Shown: in pieces, positions 28,220-36,223 of the stretch
How positions within the stretch are numbered: the stretch's first letter is position 1
Layout: every line of letters begins with the position of its first letter
Assembly (NCBI GenBank): GCA_034669905.1
Contig: JAXMOL010000008.1
Span: 96,001 to 160,000 of the forward strand
DNA length: 64,000 bases
From: Candidatus Hydrogenedentota bacterium
GTDB lineage: Bacteria > Hydrogenedentota > Hydrogenedentia > Hydrogenedentales > JAEUWI01
Direction of reading: 5' to 3'
Translations under genes and position numbers: made by a program
Notes under the pieces: generated by a model
The model's input: the letters and a program-made list of their open reading frames with translations, nothing else
Database searches by the model: none
What the model was told of the DNA's origin: nothing

Positions 28220-29484
28220 GGGCCCGACTCCTCGTCCTGCCACAGGGAACGGATGATGGGGGTGGAATCATCCAGAAGGGACTTCAGCACTTCCGGGTCT
28301 GCCAGGGAGAGGTCAAAATCGGGGCCACTGATCTCGGCCGGCAATTTCATTCGCAAGGGGTCGAGGAGGGCGGCCAGGCGGGCCTCCGCTTCGGCGTCCT
28401 GGGACAAGTCGCCCACCACCGTATCCAACATCGCCAAGGGGCCCGAATCATCGCTGCGAGCAGTACGGTCCTGCTCTGGACGGGTGCGTACCTTCACCTT
28501 TTCGATATAGACCTGGTCGCCACCATGAATGTTGGCCATGTTTCGAATTTCATTGTGGAGTTGCACCGTGTCGGCCAGCAGGCGTTCATGGGCCGCCGTG
28601 GCCCCCGTATACACCACGCGTACCGCCAACGTCCGATCCTCCGCCCCTTCCATCGCCGTGGCGAGCCCAGTGGCGAACCGCTCCACACAGGTGGCCAGGT
28701 CGGGACACTCATCCACAGAGACCGTCAGCTCCAGCCAGCGCACCACGTCCAGGGCTTCAAAGCGCACCTGGTGGTCCTCCCGGTCATCCACCTCCACCAC
28801 CAGACAGCCCTTGGGGCCCGTCTCGCGAATGTGCCGCCCCTGAATATTCCCTGAATACCAGATGGCGGGGGCGTGATCGCGGAGGCATTCCTGTTGGTGA
28901 ATATGACCCAGAGCCCAATAGTCGTAATCGAGATGGACCAGGCCCGGAATGGTGCAGGGGGCGTAGGTATCGTGTCCTTCATAGCCCGTGAGACTCGTAT
29001 GCAACAGACCGATGTTATAGGCTTCGGGAAGCGCCGCAGGATAGGAAGCCGTGAGGTCTTTCGTCACGGCCTTCGTCGCGAAGCCCTGGCCGTGTATCGC
29101 CACACCGAGCGATTCGAGGTGCACCGTATCGGCCTTCTTCGTGGGAAAGACATGGACATTGTCGGGAAGTTGGAGGCGCTTGGTCATAACACTCTGGGCA
29201 TCGTGATTCCCCGCAATGAGAAAAACGGGGATATTCGCCGCCTTCAGGCGCGCCATCTGTTTGGTAAAGTAAAGGCCCGTATTGTGATCTTTCCAGTCTC
29301 CGTCGTAGACATCCCCGGCGATCAGCAGGAAATCCACTTCCTCATCAAGGGCCACGTGGACCAGGTTTTGCAGGGCACGGCGGGTTGCTTCCCGGATTTC
29401 GTCGACCGGCGCCCCCTCATAGGTAGGAAGGCCCCGGAGCGGACTGTCCAGGTGAATATCGGCAGCATGGATGAATTTAAACAT
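28216..29484 (-). CDS. yhaO: YhaO-family Mre11/SbcD-like DNA repair exonuclease
   Basis: Metallophosphoesterase motifs ADIHLD, AGDVYD, GNHD, LHT, ALGHIH and SGNIQGRH. Confidence 0.92.
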   Translation of the reverse strand: MFKFIHAADIHLDSPLRGLPTYEGAPVDEIREATRRALQNLVHVALDEEVDFLLIAGDVYDGDWKDHNTGLYFTKQMARLKAANIPVFLIAGNHDAQSVMTKRLQLPDNVHVFPTKKADTVHLESLGVAIHGQGFATKAVTKDLTASYPAALPEAYNIGLLHTSLTGYEGHDTYAPCTIPGLVHLDYDYWALGHIHQQECLRDHAPAIWYSGNIQGRHIRETGPKGCLVVEVDDREDHQVRFEALDVVRWLELTVSVDECPDLATCVERFATGLATAMEGAEDRTLAVRVVYTGATAAHERLLADTVQLHNEIRNMANIHGGDQVYIEKVKVRTRPEQDRTARSDDSGPLAMLDTVVGDLSQDAEAEARLAALLDPLRMKLPAEISGPDFDLSLADPEVLKSLLDDSTPIIRSLWQDEESGP

Positions 29485-29605
29485 GGATATCTTTCAATAA
29501 CGGTGGCTGAATGGCCAGGCGTGGGTCGTGCCAACCTTGACAAATCACGGGTGGCATGTGCAAATTGGTCGTTGGGCTGCGATGCCGCCGAATGGCGGCG
29601 ACCCA

Positions 29606-29681
29606 GTGGACTTTGTAGACGCAGTGGACATAGTGGACCTGTTGCCGTATCCACATCGCCCACCCCGTCCACTACGTCCGC
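29606..29681. repeat. Mirror-symmetric 9-bp-period microrepeat between divergent genes
   Basis: GT(G/A)GAC at 29606, 29615, 29624 and 29633, then GTCCAC-like units at 29649, 29658, 29667 and 29676. Confidence 0.8.
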
Positions 29682-29736
29682 AGCTCGAACGACCGACCCG
29701 CAGCGCCACACAGGAAACCACCTAAGGACCTCCCCC

Positions 29737-31989
29737 ATGACTCGTGCACTATTAATCACCCTGGCCCTTTCTCTGACGATGTGGGCTGCAAACGCCGACG
29801 ACACCTGGAAGAGCCCGTTCACCAATTGGACCAAGCTGGAGTCCCCCCTGGTAGAGGTAACGCCCTTTGTTTTTAAGGAAAAACTCTATCTGATGGAGAG
29901 CTGGCAGAAGCAGTGGGAATACTCCTTTGCCAAACATCAGGAACTCTTCCAGGAAGACGAAGTCCGCATTCGCGACGTGGCCGCCGACCGCATTGTGTCC
30001 GTCCCTCTGGTGGGCCATGGCCTGGCCATGACCTTCGTCTGGGAGGGCCGCGTCTATGTATTCGGGAGCGATTGGGGCAATGAGAAGAAGTGGCAGGTCC
30101 GTGAAGTAAGCCTGACTTCGTCAGATGACCTCGAAAACTGGACCGAGCCCAACGTGGTCTTGCGCTCCAACGACGACGAAAAATTCTTCAACGTTTCGGT
30201 CTGCCGGGGAGACGGCAAGTTTGTCATGCTGGTAGAGACCAATGACCCCCGCTGGCCCGCGTTCACCTTTAAGTACTTCGTGTCGGATGATCTGGAGAAC
30301 TGGGAGCAGGTGCCCGACGCGTACTACGGCGTGGATAAGTACGTGGGCGGCCCCGCCCTCTATTACGAAGGCGGCTACTACTACACCCTTTACCTCCAGA
30401 GCCTGGGCAAGCGCCGGTACGAAACCCGGGTCACCCGCTCGAAAGATCTGGTCACGTGGGAAGATGCCCCCGTGGACCGGCCCTTTGTGACCTACCAGCC
30501 CGAGAGCAAGGTTCATCCCCTTCGGCCCCACTACATCCGGGAGCGCAACGCGTCGGACGCCGAAATCTGTTACTTCCGGGGCAAGACCCTCGTGTACTAC
30601 ACCGGCGGTGATCAGCAGTTCGCCGGAGATTTGCAGCGGGCAGAGTTTGCCGGAACGCCCCAGGAACTATTGGAGCATTTCTTTACACCCGAGGGCGCCA
30701 TCGTCCCCTCCGCCCGCCAGTTGCGCTATCAGGAGAATCAACTGGGTGCCTTTGTCCACTACGGCCCGGCAGTCAACACGGAAAACAGCGACATGTTCGC
30801 CACGCCTCCGGCGGACGCCTTTAACCCCACCGCCCTCGACACGGACCAGTGGGCCCAGACCGCGAAGGCCTTTGGCGCGAAACATATTGTGCTGACGGCC
30901 AAACACCACAATGGCTACTGCCTCTGGCCCACGGAAACAACGGACTACTCCATCAAACAGTCTCCCTGGAAAGACGGTAGGGGCGATGTCGTTCGGGAAT
31001 TCGTGGACTCGGCACGTAAATTCGGAATTTCGCCGGGACTCTATGTGTCGGCGGCCGACAAGAAGTTCGGCGTAACCAGCACACCGGATCCCATGGGCGA
31101 GCGGAAACTGGTGGGCGATCTGGAGGCCTACTTCCCCATCTTCCTCGAACAGCTTCGGGAAGTGCTCACCAACTACGGTCCCCTGGAGGTGATCTGGCTG
31201 GATGCGGCCTTTGATCCCACCGGCCCCGACGTGATGGATGCAAGTGGCACCCCGATTGGCACCCGCTATGGCGATGCCGTCGTGGATATGGTCCGCACGC
31301 TTCAGCCTGATGCCGTGATTATGGGTGGCTCCCGCGCCGACATCCGTTGGGCGGGCAGCGAGCAGGGCCTCGCCCCCTACCCCCTCTGGAATGTGGTCCC
31401 CCCGGGTGAAGGACTCGCTCACTGGATTCCCGATTACTCGGAAGGCTGGTTCTTGCCGGAGGCCAACATCCACACGCGGTCGACCTGGTTCTGGCAACCC
31501 GATTCCGACGGCACCCTCAAGACCGACGAACAAATGCGGACCATGTATGGCAAATCTATCGGCCATGGGGCCAACCTGCTGGTCAATATGACCCCCGACC
31601 GCACGGGCCGCATCCCGGCCGCCGAAGAGAAGATGTTGCTTACCTTCGGCGATGCCGTGGCGGCACACTATAGTAAGCCCTTGCTGGAAGTCACCCAGCC
31701 CAACGCCTTGGGCGAAGGCGAGGAAATCCTGCTGGATCTCGGCGCCCCTACCACCGTTGCGGAAATCCTCCTGGAAGAAGACCTCCACTATGGTCAACGG
31801 GTCGCCGCCTATCGGGTGGACGCCCAGGTGGACGGCGTATGGAAGACGGTCGCCACGGGTGAGTCCATCGGACGAAAGCGGATTCAATCCTTTGAGCCCG
31901 TTACGGCCACAGCGCTCAAGGTCGTCATCTCAGGCACCCAACCCGAAGCCCACCTCCGCCGTATAGCGCTGTTCCGCACGGCCTTCTAG
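29737..31989 (+). CDS. Alpha-L-fucosidase (GH29) with N-terminal beta-propeller domain and C-terminal beta-sandwich, secreted
   Basis: Signal peptide at ATG 29737 (RBS AAGGA). Propeller-like repeats SSDDLENW, VSDDLENW and RSKDLVTW. GH29 motifs GAFVHYG, LTAKHHNGYCLWPT, EVIWLD and ANLLVNMTPDRTGRIP. Confidence 0.85.
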   Translation: MTRALLITLALSLTMWAANADDTWKSPFTNWTKLESPLVEVTPFVFKEKLYLMESWQKQWEYSFAKHQELFQEDEVRIRDVAADRIVSVPLVGHGLAMTFVWEGRVYVFGSDWGNEKKWQVREVSLTSSDDLENWTEPNVVLRSNDDEKFFNVSVCRGDGKFVMLVETNDPRWPAFTFKYFVSDDLENWEQVPDAYYGVDKYVGGPALYYEGGYYYTLYLQSLGKRRYETRVTRSKDLVTWEDAPVDRPFVTYQPESKVHPLRPHYIRERNASDAEICYFRGKTLVYYTGGDQQFAGDLQRAEFAGTPQELLEHFFTPEGAIVPSARQLRYQENQLGAFVHYGPAVNTENSDMFATPPADAFNPTALDTDQWAQTAKAFGAKHIVLTAKHHNGYCLWPTETTDYSIKQSPWKDGRGDVVREFVDSARKFGISPGLYVSAADKKFGVTSTPDPMGERKLVGDLEAYFPIFLEQLREVLTNYGPLEVIWLDAAFDPTGPDVMDASGTPIGTRYGDAVVDMVRTLQPDAVIMGGSRADIRWAGSEQGLAPYPLWNVVPPGEGLAHWIPDYSEGWFLPEANIHTRSTWFWQPDSDGTLKTDEQMRTMYGKSIGHGANLLVNMTPDRTGRIPAAEEKMLLTFGDAVAAHYSKPLLEVTQPNALGEGEEILLDLGAPTTVAEILLEEDLHYGQRVAAYRVDAQVDGVWKTVATGESIGRKRIQSFEPVTATALKVVISGTQPEAHLRRIALFRTAF

Positions 31990-32055
31990 CTCCCCCGTCA
32001 TTCTTCAAATTCACACCAACCCCGGCAGGCGCTCCCGCTTGTCGGGGTTTCTTAC
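31934..32055 (+). repeat. Direct repeat A: real fucosidase 3' end plus decayed sigJ 3' end
   Basis: Aligns to 34415-34537 with 8 differences over 123 columns by hand. Confidence 0.92.
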
Positions 32056-32191
32056 GCTACAGCACCGCTGAGGCGGCCAGATCTATGGGAACCGATAGGT
32101 GCACCGTTCCGGCTGGGAGTCCCGGGGCAGGTTCTCGAAGGCAGCAACACAACGTCTGTGCCTGGGCGTCAAGTCCCTCACTCGCACCTGC

Positions 32192-33973
32192 CTACCGGTT
32201 TTCAAGGTGCTGCTTATAGAGGTCAAAGAAGGTGTAAGGGTCACAGAATTCCAGTGACAAGCCTTCATGATTGGCCTTGACGCGCTCCATGACGGCAGCA
32301 ACGGTACTGGGCCGTTGCAGGATCATGCGGAAGATGAGGAATTGGGGCCGGTCGCCCTGTGCGGAGCCCGCGATTTCATCGGCGGTCTTGTCAAGATTGT
32401 TGGGGTCGGGATAGATATCCCGCGCGTGGCGGAGAAAGGGTGTGCCGTTCACCTGGGGCTTTTCGAAGCCAAGCTGCATGCCCACGCCCCGGGGTGAGAA
32501 CGCGGCGTAGGCCTCCTGGATCCGTAACGGCATATCCCCGTGGAAGCCGTTGATCACGAAGCCTGTGATGTCGTAATCGAAACGGGCGTAGTAGTCCTTG
32601 TTATGCTTGACCCACAGATCCAGCGCGTCGGGCAGCCCCGACCCCAGGCGATCGCCGATGAGGAGATTGGGGTTAAGGTAGCCGGCACCGGAATCCCCAC
32701 CAATGAACCAGTCCTGGTCCGTCCGTGTCTCATAGACATGGTCAAAGACGTAGGGCACACGGTCTGAGAGATTGGGATTAAAGGCCCAGGCCAGGGGAAT
32801 GGTCCCTCGGGCGGGGTCATCCCACACGTTGGGAATATTTCGCGAAAGCCAGGCCGCCGCATCGTAGTCACCCATATAGACGAGTACGTACGTCTTGTCC
32901 TCCAGCTTGCCGGCGACGGGCCGACGCTGGGTGTAGCGCTTTTTCAAGGGGTGGTGCTGGTAGGCCGAAGCGTTGGCAAGCCCCGACAGGCCCAGCGCAT
33001 CGGCATCCATCACCCCATTATGGGCGGATATCAGTGCCGCATGTTCCCATTCCGTGGGGACGGGCTCGTGCTTTCCGCCCACCTCGCCATGATTCGTATA
33101 CTTCTGATTCCATGGTGTGAAGCCGCAAACGGTGGCGATTTTCTTTCCCCCATTCTGCGTCGCGAGGGATTTCAGTATGGCCACAAAGGTGGCGCGATCC
33201 GTCCCCACGGGCTGGCCGGGGTCATCGTTCGGCGCCTCATCCCCCCAGGGCCCCAAATCGAAAACGAAGGCGCGGTTGGCAATATAGTAATCTTGATTCG
33301 CGAGCACCGCATTGTCCAGATCCGGGTAATGAAATCCCGGCATCTCAGGTCGCTGTGAATAGGCATCCACGCAATAGGCCAACAGAGCGTCATGGCACCG
33401 CCCGGCATCCAGGTACTCCCGCTTTGCCCACAAATAGGCATCGCATTTTGCGCTGCCCGATTCGCTGCCGTCGAAGCGATCGACCAGCGATAGTTTAACG
33501 GGGAGCTTCGGACCTGTCGTAACCAACGCATTGTAAATGGCACTATCCGCCCGGACAGGCAGCCATCCTTCCACACCGCAGATGGTCGCGGCCACGTTCG
33601 ACGTCGCGGGCACCTTGGGATCCCAAACAACAACGCCGGTAAGGGCTCCGGAAAATTCTTCGAATAAATCGGCCAGTGTGTCAATCTGGATGAGCGAACG
33701 CTCCTTGAGCCACCCCTTTTGAAGGTGGTGAAGCCAGTAATCGTCCACATTGATGGCGCCGGTCTGGCTCGTTCCCCGCAGGAATCGAATGACCAAACGG
33801 GGTTCGTCTCGATTGACCAGCCCCTGCAGCGCGGTTACCAATTTCAACGTATCATATTGAAGCTCGGTATCACCGCCACACCGCTGGAGCGCGGTCTCCA
33901 TATCCATCACAACAAGGGGTTCGGCCAACGCCGCCGAAGAACACAAAAAAAGGGCCGCGGCCAGTTTCATCAT
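32192..33973 (-). CDS. GxGYxYP-family putative glycoside hydrolase, secreted
   Basis: Signal peptide, TALQGLVNR, RGTIPLAW and FIGGDSGAGYLNP. Confidence 0.78.
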   Translation of the reverse strand: MMKLAAALFLCSSAALAEPLVVMDMETALQRCGGDTELQYDTLKLVTALQGLVNRDEPRLVIRFLRGTSQTGAINVDDYWLHHLQKGWLKERSLIQIDTLADLFEEFSGALTGVVVWDPKVPATSNVAATICGVEGWLPVRADSAIYNALVTTGPKLPVKLSLVDRFDGSESGSAKCDAYLWAKREYLDAGRCHDALLAYCVDAYSQRPEMPGFHYPDLDNAVLANQDYYIANRAFVFDLGPWGDEAPNDDPGQPVGTDRATFVAILKSLATQNGGKKIATVCGFTPWNQKYTNHGEVGGKHEPVPTEWEHAALISAHNGVMDADALGLSGLANASAYQHHPLKKRYTQRRPVAGKLEDKTYVLVYMGDYDAAAWLSRNIPNVWDDPARGTIPLAWAFNPNLSDRVPYVFDHVYETRTDQDWFIGGDSGAGYLNPNLLIGDRLGSGLPDALDLWVKHNKDYYARFDYDITGFVINGFHGDMPLRIQEAYAAFSPRGVGMQLGFEKPQVNGTPFLRHARDIYPDPNNLDKTADEIAGSAQGDRPQFLIFRMILQRPSTVAAVMERVKANHEGLSLEFCDPYTFFDLYKQHLENR

Positions 33974-34414
33974 GATTTACTTCCAATCAGGGGGATTGAC
34001 GTCCGAAGTCCGTCGTTACTACACGTTAAGTGGGAACAGGGTGGGATATCGGTGCCGCGCAAGGGGCGGCGAATTGAAAAAAATCGCCTGCCAGACAGGT
34101 ACGCCACGGTGTCGATTCCAGAGCGTCATGGCATCTCGGGTAGCCGCAGGACAGGACGACGAATCGGCCCTTGACCGCGGTGAGCAAGTATCCCCGAAGT
34201 CGGCCGCGCATGGTGTTGCCGGTCACCACCACCTTCCCGGGCATGATACGCTGAGAATGAGCCTTCTGGCAATACACTTTGTCCCATCGGGCCGCCGAGG
34301 TCGGAAATTTTTTCAGGGCGTGTTGGATAAAGGCCGTCCACGAAACGAGCGGACGCAATGGAGTTCGGCCCCATGCCCCTGTGGGCTCGACAGCCCCCAA
34401 CGTTCTCATCATTC

Positions 34415-34537
34415 GCACCCGACCCGAAGCCCATCTCCGCCGTATAGCGCTGTTTCGCACGGCCTTCTAGCTCCCCACGCCATCCTTCAAATTCACCCCA
34501 ACCCCGGCAGGCGCTCCAGCTTGTCGGGGTTTCTTAC
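34415..34537 (+). repeat. Direct repeat B: decayed fucosidase 3' end plus real sigJ 3' end
   Basis: Encodes ...PEAHLRRIALFRTAF*, identical to the fucosidase C-terminus, and overlaps the sigJ stop at 34493. Confidence 0.92.
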
Positions 34538-35374
34538 CACATAGACCCGCTGAATCTTGCTCTCCACGATGTCTACGGTGAAGGCCGTGTCGGGCCGCCC
34601 TCCCGAATAGACGATGACCCCGGGCCCGCCGTTGATCGGGACAAATCGCAGGGACGGGTCCTTGGGCGGAAAACGCTTGGAGATGCCCACGAAAAAGCGG
34701 GCGATCTTATCGGCGCCATAGATGGTGCGACGGGCCGACGCCGCCTTGCCGCCATGGTCGCTGTGGAGCGTAGCCTCGTCGGCCAACATGGATACCAGTT
34801 GCTCCACTTCACCGGCCTGGGTCGCCATCATGAAGGTCTGAAACAACGCCTGGTGCGATTCCGGGTCAATCACGCGCCTGGAAGCCCGCTGCTGGACCCG
34901 CTCCCTGGCCCGCCGCACGATCTGCCGACAATTGGCTTCACTTTTCTCAAGCACCGCAGCGACGTCTGCGTAGGAGTAGTCGAAGGCTTCCCGAAGCAAC
35001 AGGGCCGCACGCTCCACGGGGTTGAGCCGCTCCAGCATCAACAAAAATGCCACGGACAACGATTCCGCCAACGCAACCGTATCCGAGGCGAGGGGTTCCT
35101 CGACCAGGGGTTCGGGTAACCACTCTCCCACGTAGTGCTCCCGCTGCTTTCGGGCGGAGCGGAGCACATCGATGCTCATGCGGGTCACCATGGTGCAGAG
35201 GAGGGCCTGGGGATTCTCCACCAACTCACGGTCCAGGCGAGACCAGCGAAGCCAGGCATCCTGCACCACATCTTCGGCATCGTGCACGCTTCCCAGCATG
35301 CGGTAAGCGATGGCGAAAAGCCGGGGGCGGTGGGCGTCAAATTCGGTGACGTCAGACATCGGAGAGCCCGTCAT
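34493..35374 (-). CDS. sigJ: ECF41-group sigma factor (SigJ-like) with C-terminal SnoaL-like domain
   Basis: AYRMLGSVHDAEDVVQDAWLRW, YVGEWLPEP, DHGG and C-terminal NPDKL, which are ECF41 signatures. Confidence 0.92.
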   Translation of the reverse strand: MTGSPMSDVTEFDAHRPRLFAIAYRMLGSVHDAEDVVQDAWLRWSRLDRELVENPQALLCTMVTRMSIDVLRSARKQREHYVGEWLPEPLVEEPLASDTVALAESLSVAFLLMLERLNPVERAALLLREAFDYSYADVAAVLEKSEANCRQIVRRARERVQQRASRRVIDPESHQALFQTFMMATQAGEVEQLVSMLADEATLHSDHGGKAASARRTIYGADKIARFFVGISKRFPPKDPSLRFVPINGGPGVIVYSGGRPDTAFTVDIVESKIQRVYVVRNPDKLERLPGLG

Positions 35375-35946
35375 TCGGTGAGCTCCGAAAGGGCACGCTC
35401 ATCCAGCCCACGGGGCTTGACGGCACACATGCCGTCGGACGGAATACCGAGTGGCCCATTGACCAGATTGTAAAAGTATTCAATCGCATTGACCAGCGTA
35501 ATCTCCACAATTTCCTCTTCACTATAGTGGCACTTCAGGGTGTCAAAGACATCATCGGGCACGACCCTGTCCCGGGTCACCGCTGCCACATAGGCCAAGG
35601 CGGCCCGCTCGGCATCGGTGAAATGGGGATCGACCGCGAAATCCGAAACACGCCAGAGCTTCTCGAGCAACGCGGCATCATGGGCCGCAAAGGAGCGGGT
35701 GATATCGATGCAGAACCCACATTGATTGTACCCGGCGGTATAGCCCTGAATCAGCAAGAGGAGGGCTGGGTCCAGTTTAGCGTTTTTCATATACCCGGTT
35801 ATCTTCTGATACACGGGCATGATGGCCGGCACACGGGCCATCACCACTTTCATCGGCGTAATGACCCGACCATAGGTCCTACGGCAATAGGCATAGGCCA
35901 GTCGAACACGCAATCCGGGAGGCTTTTCGAGGGGTGTCAATCGCAT
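35371..35946 (-). CDS. Carboxymuconolactone decarboxylase/AhpD-family protein
   Basis: NQCGFCID CxxC, FTDAERAALAY and YSEEEIVEIT. Overlaps the sigJ start, the typical ECF41 partner arrangement. Confidence 0.85.
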   Translation of the reverse strand: MRLTPLEKPPGLRVRLAYAYCRRTYGRVITPMKVVMARVPAIMPVYQKITGYMKNAKLDPALLLLIQGYTAGYNQCGFCIDITRSFAAHDAALLEKLWRVSDFAVDPHFTDAERAALAYVAAVTRDRVVPDDVFDTLKCHYSEEEIVEITLVNAIEYFYNLVNGPLGIPSDGMCAVKPRGLDERALSELTE

Positions 35947-35980
35947 AGTGCTTGTCTCCTTGGGGTTGATCTACAACAAG

Positions 35981-36007
35981 GACGAGACAACGGGCTGCGA
36001 TGTGACA
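35981..36007 (-). promoter_or_regulatory. ECF41-dependent promoter
   Basis: The minus strand reads TGTCACA-N16-CGTC, 34 bp upstream of the CMD start codon. Confidence 0.88.
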
Positions 36008-36223
36008 CCCTGGGCTCTTATAAAACCAATAAAACAATCGCTTCTCGTCAAGGCTATACCCTAATTCGCGCCCTTTGATGGACGCGACACTGGCGAATAT
36101 CTGCCTCTTGCTATAGACTGAACGACGGAGGAGCACATCGATTGGGAGATGGGGTGGCAACGAGACGCCCCCCGCGCAGTATCGATGGGTTTCACAAACG
36201 TGCCCATTGGGAGTATTACCAGC

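Noticed and set aside
28873..29736. N-terminal extension of the 1038-aa fucosidase ORF
   Set aside because: It overlaps yhaO on the opposite strand. The RBS and signal peptide indicate a start at 29737.
34279..34470. 63-aa ORF ending in the fucosidase C-terminal sequence
   Set aside because: It is a by-product of the duplicated junction, with an alternative start codon and no RBS. Treated as a decayed fragment rather than a gene.
31934..34537. Diversity-generating retroelement TR/VR pair
   Set aside because: The mismatches are not adenine-specific (four are C/T), the repeat spans two gene ends, and no reverse transcriptase is present.
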